Source of the DNA: a virus
IMG/VR virus record: IMGVR_UViG_3300045988_169823
Location: 1-12,404 of that record
Direction: 5' to 3' (one strand)
Length of the DNA: 12,404 bases
Of the stretch, positions 1 to 6,159 are shown in pieces. Positions within the stretch are counted from its first letter, which is position 1. Each line of letters starts with the position of its first letter. The position numbers were made by a program, and so were the translations under genes. The notes beneath the pieces were generated by a model, which saw nothing but the letters and a program-made list of their open reading frames with translations, was not told the origin of the DNA and searched no databases.

Positions 1-249
1 GGGTATATCCCCCCCCTCCGTGAAAAAATTTTTCCCATTGTCAGAATATTCAGATTGCTTTAGTTCGCTAAAGTGCTAAAGTAAATTGACAGAATATTTG
101 TAATGCTTTAGTTTATTAAAGCGGTGAAGTGATATGCAAAATATTCTAACAATTCAAATCACCACTAAAATAGATGTTAGAAAATTCTAACAATAAATAT
201 CAATGACCGGATAAATGTTAGAATATTCTAACAATAATTAACAAAATAA
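1..249. repeat. Left inverted terminal repeat (ITR), 249 bp perfect; imperfect match continues to ~257
   Basis: 1..249 is the exact reverse complement of 12156..12404. It starts at window position 1 with GGGTATATCCCCCCCCTCCG. The first mismatch is at 250, then AGGTGGA matches again. Confidence 0.95.
141..240. repeat. Array of three ATTCTAACAAT(W) sites at ~40-bp spacing inside the ITR
   Basis: ATATTCTAACAATT at 141-154, GTTAGAAAATTCTAACAATA at 176-195 and GTTAGAATATTCTAACAATA at 217-236. The last is a perfect 16-bp palindrome, GTTAGAATATTCTAAC. Spacing is ~40 bp (~4 helical turns), and the array is mirrored in the right ITR. Confidence 0.85.
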
Positions 250-269
250 AAGGTGGAACTTGTCCACCT
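238..269 (-). terminator. Rho-independent terminator for the leftward gene, at the inner edge of the left ITR
   Basis: The hairpin stem is AGGTGGA (251-257) / TCCACCT (263-269) with an ACTTG loop. On the - strand it is followed by TTTTATTTTGTT. It lies 14 nt downstream of the stop codon of CDS 284..502 on the - strand. Confidence 0.7.
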
Positions 270-283
270 TGGATACACATTAT

Positions 284-502
284 TTAATATTTATCAACGT
301 TTAAATCGTACCATTTACCTTTAGTTCTATAACTAAATTCGTTTGTACCTACCTTGTTTAAAAGAACTGTATAAAACTCTTTATCTTGGTAAAATGAACT
401 AACTTGTCTTTTAGCTCCTAGCCAAGTTTTAGCGGTGAAACCTGTTTTCCACTTATCTCCATCGGTGGTTGTAATATTAGCAATAAAATTCACGACTTCC
501 AT
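284..502 (-). CDS. Hypothetical 72-aa basic Lys/aromatic-rich protein; the only minus-strand gene, adjacent to the left ITR
   Basis: ORF track entry 284..553 (-). The likely true start is the internal ATG (rc of 500-502), preceded by AGGAGG (rc of 511-516) at 8-nt spacing. It has its own promoter and terminator. Confidence 0.6.
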   Translation of the reverse strand: MEVVNFIANITTTDGDKWKTGFTAKTWLGAKRQVSSFYQDKEFYTVLLNKVGTNEFSYRTKGKWYDLNVDKY

Positions 503-543
503 AATAATAACCTCCTGTAATTTAGAACCTTTTCTATACTTAT

Positions 544-572
544 ATAATATCATATTAGGTGTTTAAATGCAA
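544..572 (-). promoter_or_regulatory. Leftward sigma70-like promoter (-35 TTGCAT, 17-bp spacer, extended -10 TGaTATTAT)
   Basis: The reverse complement of 544-572 reads TTGCAT-N17-TATTAT with TG at -15/-14, placed ~35 nt upstream of the RBS of CDS 284..502. Confidence 0.55.
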
Positions 573-615
573 CTGATTTTTGAAAATAAATAAATATAAA
601 AAATTTAAAATATTG

Positions 616-645
616 TTGACAAAAACTTAAAAAATCTGTTATTAT
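616..645 (+). promoter_or_regulatory. Early promoter P1 (-35 TTGACA, 18-bp spacer, extended -10 TGtTATTAT)
   Basis: Consensus TTGACA at 616-621; TG at 637-638; TATTAT at 640-645. It is divergent from the leftward promoter and sits ~50 nt upstream of the RBS of CDS 694..930. Confidence 0.65.
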
Positions 646-693
646 ATAATCATAGAAAACAAAAACACTTAAAACATAATAGGAGGTATTACC

Positions 694-930
694 ATGATAG
701 AATTTACAGTAGAAGAAATAACACCTATGGTTGGTTGTGTCTGCTGGTCAATCAAAGCAAGCACTGTTAGAGGTGCTAAGATAAAAGCGACACGCTATGC
801 TAAGAAAACATCCGATATAAATATTTTATGGAATGATGTTTGTGTTGCTTTTAAGAAAAACGGCAAATGGGTAGGTGGTCGTAATATTGAAGTAACAAAC
901 AATAACTACGTTAAAAAACATTTAGCATAA
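694..930 (+). CDS. Early protein, 78 aa, hypothetical
   Basis: ORF with AGGAGG at 681-686 and ATG at 694. It is the first gene downstream of P1. Confidence 0.6.
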   Translation: MIEFTVEEITPMVGCVCWSIKASTVRGAKIKATRYAKKTSDINILWNDVCVAFKKNGKWVGGRNIEVTNNNYVKKHLA

Positions 931-947
931 AACAGGAGGTCATTATT

Positions 948-1148
948 ATGGAAACAATAATCACTAAAAAACAGTTTTTTAGCACGTTAGAATTTTTTTC
1001 TAATGACAGTAGGTTTAAATTAACAATTAGTCAATATCTTTCACCTAAACAAGAACCTCTAATCATTTACTATCACTTTCAAAGTAAAAATAAAAAATTT
1101 ACATTGGTGCACCTTTTAGATAATAATAGTTACCGTTACACTGATTAA
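948..1148 (+). CDS. Early protein, 66 aa, hypothetical
   Basis: ORF with AGGAGG RBS (ACAGGAGGTCATTATTATG). A terminator follows. Confidence 0.55.
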   Translation: METIITKKQFFSTLEFFSNDSRFKLTISQYLSPKQEPLIIYYHFQSKNKKFTLVHLLDNNSYRYTD

Positions 1149-1155
1149 CAACCAG

Positions 1156-1180
1156 CAAGGCGAAAGCCCTTGTTTTTTTC
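1156..1180 (+). terminator. Rho-independent terminator (GNRA-looped hairpin + T7)
   Basis: CAAGGC-GAAA-GCCCTTG hairpin followed by TTTTTTT, immediately after the stop codon at 1146-1148. Confidence 0.75.
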
Positions 1181-1196
1181 ACCTGTAAACTTACCA

Positions 1197-1212
1197 CTTT
1201 AGCACACTAAAG
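1197..1212. promoter_or_regulatory. Operator-like palindrome CTTTAG-CACA-CTAAAG upstream of P2
   Basis: Perfect 6-bp inverted half-sites with a 4-nt spacer, 15 bp upstream of the P2 -35 box. The same CTTTAG-N4-CTAAAG motif occurs in the ITR at 58-73, with related palindromes at 76-81 and 104-121. Confidence 0.6.
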
Positions 1213-1226
1213 CAAAATATTTATTT

Positions 1227-1255
1227 TAAAAAACTATTGACAAAAAACCTTAAAT
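1227..1255 (+). promoter_or_regulatory. Early promoter P2 (-35 TTGACA, 17-bp spacer, -10 GATAAT)
   Basis: TTGACA at 1227-1232 and GATAAT at 1250-1255. The flanks resemble P1 (TATTGACAAAAA...TTAAA). Confidence 0.6.
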
Positions 1256-1292
1256 TTGAGATAATAAATAATGTAGTAAGGAGGTGACAAAA

Positions 1293-1535
1293 ATGAAAAT
1301 AACAGTTCCATGTACAGTACTAACCGAAATTACCGATAATAAATCTATTGGCAACAGGTTAGTAGTCGGTGAGAGAATCTCTCGCCGTATTGCTCAACAT
1401 TCAGCACCCGACAATGTAAAGGTTGTTGACGCTGAATATATCGGTGTAAAAGCTGATATAACTGCTGATGAATTTACAGACGAATTTAAAGGAAAAATTA
1501 AAACCTATTTAGAGAAGTTAATCGAGGAGAGATAA
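1293..1535 (+). CDS. Early protein, 80 aa, hypothetical (acidic C-terminus)
   Basis: ORF track 1284..1535 begins at a GTG that overlaps the RBS. The likely start is ATG 1293, 8 nt after AAGGAGG (1278-1284). Confidence 0.6.
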   Translation: MKITVPCTVLTEITDNKSIGNRLVVGERISRRIAQHSAPDNVKVVDAEYIGVKADITADEFTDEFKGKIKTYLEKLIEER

Positions 1536-1536
1536 T

Positions 1537-1890
1537 ATGTTTGAAGAACTGAATAAAAGTTTCGAGAGTGTTTTCACTGTAGAACCTCCCGAAAACGCCG
1601 TTTATTTGAAGTTGGTTGATATGAAACCCGATACCATGTATACCATGATTTCGTGTTTCGTAAATCCGAAATCTAAGTATGGCGAACACGGCGTATTAGG
1701 CGTGCAAGAAGGTCAGAACTTGTTTTGGTTGTCTTTGCCCCAGCACCTAACAGGTATCATCAAACAGATTTTGGCAACACCTGCTATGATAGAAGCAGTC
1801 AACAACGGTAAGGTTGGCTTCACGGTGGAAAGTTTCTTCTCTAAGAAGTATAATAAAGAAGGGCACACCATCAAATTTAAGGATTTATAA
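1537..1890 (+). CDS. Early protein, 117 aa; hypothetical, possibly a ssDNA-binding protein (weak)
   Basis: ORF with GAGGAGAG RBS, coupled to the upstream gene (TAA 1533-1535, ATG 1537). Size and position are like phi29 p5, but the function is not supported by clear motifs. Confidence 0.5.
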   Translation: MFEELNKSFESVFTVEPPENAVYLKLVDMKPDTMYTMISCFVNPKSKYGEHGVLGVQEGQNLFWLSLPQHLTGIIKQILATPAMIEAVNNGKVGFTVESFFSKKYNKEGHTIKFKDL

Positions 1891-1892
1891 GA

Positions 1893-1916
1893 TGTTTCAC
1901 GTGAAGCATTTTTATA
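1893..1916 (+). terminator. Weak terminator / CACGTG-centred palindrome
   Basis: ATGTTTCACGTGAAGCAT is a near-perfect 18-bp palindrome followed by TTTTTA, 3 nt after the stop at 1888-1890. Confidence 0.4.
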
Positions 1917-2024
1917 AGGCAAGGGATGAACCGAAATCACTATCCCTTAATCTATCCAAGAGAAGTTGTTAATTTTAGAATAATTTAGGTGTCGTAACAT
2001 TGGTTATACTTTATAGTTGAAATG

Positions 2025-2055
2025 GTTTTAGCTATTTCGCTGTTTCAGCTATTTC
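2025..2055. promoter_or_regulatory. Direct repeats GTTTyAGCTATTTC x2 (17-bp period) upstream of the embedded promoter
   Basis: GTTTTAGCTATTTC at 2025-2038 and GTTTCAGCTATTTC at 2042-2055, centred ~-55 and ~-38 relative to the TATAAT at 2085-2090. Confidence 0.5.
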
Positions 2056-2078
2056 ATAAAGTCTTTAATTCCTGCTAA

Positions 2079-2113
2079 GTGTGCTATAATAACATATAGC
2101 ACACTATTTTTTT
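2079..2113 (+). terminator. Strong rho-independent terminator with an extended -10 promoter (TGCTATAAT, 2082-2090) in its left arm
   Basis: Perfect 10-bp stem GTGTGCTATA (2079-2088) / TATAGCACAC (2095-2104) with a 6-nt loop, followed by TATTTTTTT (2105-2113). TGCTATAAT fits the extended -10 consensus TGnTATAAT. The RBS AGGAGGG (2114-2120) follows immediately. Confidence 0.7.
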
Positions 2114-2126
2114 AGGAGGGAACATC

Positions 2127-2759
2127 ATGATAGGAACTACGATTTTAAAGATAACCAGCAAGCTGGTAGGTGGCAGTAAAGGTAAAAGCGGTAAACTTAG
2201 TAAAGCAGAACAATTAAGAGATAATGCAAACAAGAAACGGATTTTAGCTAAAAAACGTGAGATACAATCACTTATGAATAAAGCTAACAAACGTTTGAAA
2301 CGCTTAGAACAAGCCAACCTAAAATCATCGCCAGCATATAAAGGTCTTTATAGAGAGGGTGGTTGGACGGAAAGTGAATCAAGGTTTGGTGTACGTGGTA
2401 AAACAGCCAAAGAGATAGATAGAGAATATTTACGAATTAAAAAATTTTTGGCTGATAAAACATCTACCGTTCGAGGTGCAACATTGATATTAAAACAAAC
2501 TGCTAAAAACGTAGGTCTGAAATATAAAACGGTTAGAGAATTGAGAGAAATATCCCCGAAATTTTTTGAATTAGCCAGTAAAGCCAAACAGTATTTAGAG
2601 AGTAGTAACAGACAAGCAGAAGCACTAGACTATAACAGGATTTTTGTTGCTATCAACCAGCTGACAAGGAAAGGTAAAATAGATTTTCAAGATACTAAAG
2701 ACGCAACCGAAAAAGTGAATGTATTAATCAATGAAATCAATGATATGATGGGTAAATAA
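2127..2759 (+). CDS. Putative terminal protein (basic, 210 aa) for protein-primed replication
   Basis: It lies immediately upstream of, and is coupled to, the pol B gene, as in phi29/Cp-1. It is Lys/Arg-rich with a strong AGGAGGG RBS. A loose resemblance to the phi29 TP N-terminal region rests on recall only. The call is positional and the priming residue is unknown. Confidence 0.5.
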   Translation: MIGTTILKITSKLVGGSKGKSGKLSKAEQLRDNANKKRILAKKREIQSLMNKANKRLKRLEQANLKSSPAYKGLYREGGWTESESRFGVRGKTAKEIDREYLRIKKFLADKTSTVRGATLILKQTAKNVGLKYKTVRELREISPKFFELASKAKQYLESSNRQAEALDYNRIFVAINQLTRKGKIDFQDTKDATEKVNVLINEINDMMGK

Positions 2760-2761
2760 CT

Positions 2762-4888
2762 ATGGTTAAATACGAGCAGGAATTAATAAAAAATAATAGC
2801 GAAAAAATAGTTTCTTGTTACGACTTTAGAATTAAAAAGATGGTCAAATATTATAACACGATTTTTTCTTTCGATATTGAAACGACTTCTACATATATAG
2901 ATGATGAAAAATTTGCTTTTATGTATGAGTGGACGTTCGGCAAACTGGATGATGTTTCACGCGAAACAATTTGCTACGGCAGAAGTTGGAACGATTTTTT
3001 AACTCTATATAATGAAATCGTTGCTGGATACGGTACTAATGAAGAAAAACGTTGTATAATATGGGTACATAATCTAGGTTACGAGTTCCAATTTATGCGT
3101 AAATATTTCAGTTTTTTAAATGTATTTTCAGTAGACGAACGAAAACCTATCAAAGCATTAACTGTTGATGGTATTGAGTTTAGAGACACTTATATCCTTT
3201 CAGCTATGTCACTAGCCAAGGTCGCTGATAACCTGTCAGAACATACAATTGAAAAAATGGTAGGCGATTTAGATTATAAGCTGGTTCGCACTGAAAAGAC
3301 AATATTAACAGATAAAGAACTCAAATATTGTGAAAATGATGTTAAAATAATTTTATATTATATAGCAGAACAAAAGGAACAATTTTACAACAATATAGGC
3401 AAAATACCATTAACAAATACAGGCAGAGTAAGAGACTATGTTAGAAACAATTGCTTGTATACGAATAAATCACATAAAAAAGCTAGTGCTGGAAAATTTA
3501 ATCGCTATCGAGCTTTAATGCAAGAACTCACTATAACTTCTCATGAATACTCACTATTAAAACAATGTTTTGCTGGTGGATATACACACGCTAACTCATA
3601 CTATGTAAATAAAAAGCTAGAAAATGTATCAAGTATTGATTTTACTTCCAGCTACCCGTTTGTTATGCTATCTGAAAAATTTCCAATGTCGGAACCTAGA
3701 AAATTAGAAAATTTAACACAAGAACAATTTGAAACGCTGGTTGACAATGAAAATCACGGTTTAATGATGAAAATTACTTTTCACGATATTGAAAGTAAAG
3801 TAATATGTGATGATTATATTAGCGAGCATAAATGCCAAAACACACATAATCAAATAGTTAATAATGGTCGCGTTCATTCAGCAGACTTTTTAACTTTAGT
3901 TGTAACCGATTTAGACTATAAAATTATTAAAGAATGTTATAGTTATTCAAGTCTTGAAATACATGAAATCTATGATTTTTATATGACGTATTTACCAAAA
4001 GCAATAATTAAATCAATTTTAGACTTGTATAATAAAAAAACAACGTTGAAAGGTGTAGAAGGTTATGAAACTGAATATATGGTTAGTAAGCAAATGCTTA
4101 ACTCAATATATGGTATGTGTGTTACCGATATTGTTAGGGATGAAATCTTATATAATGAAGAAGTCTGGGAAACTGAAAAAGCTGATATTGAAAAAAATGT
4201 AGAAAAATACAATACCAGCAAAAGACGTTTTCTTTATTATCCGTGGGGTGTGTGGGTAACTGCTTATGCTAGATTTAACCTATGGACAGGAATTTTAAAT
4301 ATTTATGATGATTATGTTTATTCAGATACTGACAGTATCAAGTTTTTAAACCTAAAAAAACATGAAAATTTTATAAATAAATATAATAAAAACGTAAAAA
4401 AGAAACTCAAAAAAATGTGTGATTTCATGAATATTGATTTTAAATTATGTGAACCTAAAACCAAAAAAGGTGAAAAAAAACTAATAGGTGTATGGGATTT
4501 TGAAGGTACTTATGATGTATTTAAAACGTTAGGTGCTAAGCGTTATTTAGTAAAAAAAGATGATAAATATTATTTAACGTTAGCTGGTTTATCTAAAAAA
4601 GCTGGTATGAATTATATCGTAGAAAAATGTGAAAATATAGAAAAAAATATTTTTAATTTTTTCAATAATAATATGTATATTCCAGCTAATAAAACAGGTA
4701 AAAACACACATACATATATAGATGATGTGATGGAAAAATGTATAACCGATTGTGATGGTAACAGAGTTTTTGTTAAATCTTTGTCTAGCATACACTTAGA
4801 AGAATGTGAGTTTAGCTTGTCAATGTCAGATAAATATTTAACATTTTTGAATGAAGTTCAGATGGGTATTTTAAGTAAGGAAGTGTAA
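2762..4888 (+). CDS. Protein-primed family B DNA polymerase (708 aa)
   Basis: Motifs Exo I FDIETTS; Exo II HNLGYEFQF (Glu at the usual Asp position); Exo III YCENDVKII; motif A DFTSSYP; motif B KQMLNSIYG; motif C YSDTDS; KxY LGAKRYL. A second in-frame ATG at 2840 (MVKYYNTIFSFDIETT) would place Exo I at residues 12-14 as in phi29, so the start is ambiguous. Confidence 0.9.
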   Translation: MVKYEQELIKNNSEKIVSCYDFRIKKMVKYYNTIFSFDIETTSTYIDDEKFAFMYEWTFGKLDDVSRETICYGRSWNDFLTLYNEIVAGYGTNEEKRCIIWVHNLGYEFQFMRKYFSFLNVFSVDERKPIKALTVDGIEFRDTYILSAMSLAKVADNLSEHTIEKMVGDLDYKLVRTEKTILTDKELKYCENDVKIILYYIAEQKEQFYNNIGKIPLTNTGRVRDYVRNNCLYTNKSHKKASAGKFNRYRALMQELTITSHEYSLLKQCFAGGYTHANSYYVNKKLENVSSIDFTSSYPFVMLSEKFPMSEPRKLENLTQEQFETLVDNENHGLMMKITFHDIESKVICDDYISEHKCQNTHNQIVNNGRVHSADFLTLVVTDLDYKIIKECYSYSSLEIHEIYDFYMTYLPKAIIKSILDLYNKKTTLKGVEGYETEYMVSKQMLNSIYGMCVTDIVRDEILYNEEVWETEKADIEKNVEKYNTSKRRFLYYPWGVWVTAYARFNLWTGILNIYDDYVYSDTDSIKFLNLKKHENFINKYNKNVKKKLKKMCDFMNIDFKLCEPKTKKGEKKLIGVWDFEGTYDVFKTLGAKRYLVKKDDKYYLTLAGLSKKAGMNYIVEKCENIEKNIFNFFNNNMYIPANKTGKNTHTYIDDVMEKCITDCDGNRVFVKSLSSIHLEECEFSLSMSDKYLTFLNEVQMGILSKEV

Positions 4889-4891
4889 AAA

Positions 4892-5977
4892 ATGAAGTAT
4901 TATAGTTTACGTGAAATTTTAAAGAAAAAAGCGACTTATAATGTGATAATCGGTGAAAGAAGTAACGGCAAAACATATTCAGTTTTAAAATATTCCGTTC
5001 AAAAATATGTTAAAACAGGAGGTCAAATAGCTATTGTCAGACGCTGGAGAGAGGATGTCATAGGACGTAGGGCAAGCGGGATTTTTAGTGCTTTAAATGT
5101 TGATGGTACAATTAAAAAAATAACAAATAATGAGTTTTCAGAAGTCTATTATTATGCAGGTAAATTTTACTTATCAAATATTGATGAAAACGGTAAGCAT
5201 ATATATTCAGATGAAAACTGTATAGGTTATACTTTTGCTTTAAGTGAAAACGAACATAATAAATCAATTTCTTATCCAAAAGTCACAACAATTTTTTTCG
5301 ATGAATTTTTAACAAAACATATTTATTTAGCTGATGAATTTGTGCTGTTTATGAACACTCTTAGCACAATTATTCGCCAGCGTGATAACGTTGAAATTTT
5401 CATGTGTGGTAACACTGTTAATAAATATTCTCCGTATTTCGCTGAAATGGGATTATCACATATACAAAAACAAAAACAGGGTACTATCGATGTTTATAGC
5501 TATGGTGATAGCAATTTAAAGGTTGCCGTTGAATACTGTGCAAGTTTAGCTAAACAAAAGAAAAATAATTTTTATTTTGCTTTTGATAACCCGAAACTAA
5601 ACATGATTAAGTCTGGTGTGTGGGAATTAGGCATCTTTCCACATTTACCGAAAAAATATAATAACAGGCAAATACTTTTTACCTACTTCATTATTTTTGA
5701 ACAGCAGATTTTTCAGTGTGAAATTATTGACTATAAAAATGGTAATTTAATTACTTTCATCCATTTAAAAACTTCTGAAATAAAAGATGAAAGTCATGAT
5801 TTAGTATACACGCTTGATGATAGTGAAAAGATGAATTATAATAAAAATATATTAAAACCAGCAACAAGTATTGGTGAAAAAATTAAATGGTTTTTTACAC
5901 ATGAAAAAGTATTTTTTCAAAATAACGATGTTGGCAACACAATAACTAACTATCTTAAAATTTGTGGAGGTATCTAA
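4892..5977 (+). CDS. DNA encapsidation ATPase, phi29 gp16-like (361 aa)
   Basis: Walker A GERSNGKT near the N-terminus, followed by the YVRRW/IVRRW-type motif. Walker B TTIFFDEF. Size and N-terminal layout match phi29 gp16. Confidence 0.85.
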   Translation: MKYYSLREILKKKATYNVIIGERSNGKTYSVLKYSVQKYVKTGGQIAIVRRWREDVIGRRASGIFSALNVDGTIKKITNNEFSEVYYYAGKFYLSNIDENGKHIYSDENCIGYTFALSENEHNKSISYPKVTTIFFDEFLTKHIYLADEFVLFMNTLSTIIRQRDNVEIFMCGNTVNKYSPYFAEMGLSHIQKQKQGTIDVYSYGDSNLKVAVEYCASLAKQKKNNFYFAFDNPKLNMIKSGVWELGIFPHLPKKYNNRQILFTYFIIFEQQIFQCEIIDYKNGNLITFIHLKTSEIKDESHDLVYTLDDSEKMNYNKNILKPATSIGEKIKWFFTHEKVFFQNNDVGNTITNYLKICGGI

Positions 5978-6159
5978 TGGAATATGCACAAGCAATATCT
6001 CAAATTGGTTTTCCAATTTCCATGTGTTTACTGCTTTTAAAGCGTATGCAGGAACAAGACAATTTATACCGTGAAAATGAAGGTAAGCTAAGGGATGTAA
6101 TTGAACGGAATACACTGGCAATTACTAAGTTATTAAGAGAAGGTGATGTTAATGAGTAA
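5977..6159 (+). CDS. Small membrane protein, 60 aa, one predicted TM segment with a charged C-terminus; holin candidate
   Basis: ATG at 5977 overlaps the ATPase stop (TAATG) and GGAGG lies 7 nt upstream. The hydrophobic stretch AISQIGFPISMCLLLL is followed by a K/R/E-rich tail. The ORF track TTG start at 5962 is rejected. Confidence 0.45.
   Translation: MEYAQAISQIGFPISMCLLLLKRMQEQDNLYRENEGKLRDVIERNTLAITKLLREGDVNE

Noticed and set aside
3737-3742. Internal TTGACA hexamer inside the polymerase gene as a late promoter
   Set aside because: There is no acceptable -10 element at 16-19 bp. It is probably a chance occurrence in AT-rich coding sequence.
5962-5976. TTG start giving a 65-aa version of the small membrane protein
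   Set aside because: GGAGG-N7-ATG at 5977, overlapping the ATPase stop (TAATG), is a far better initiation context.
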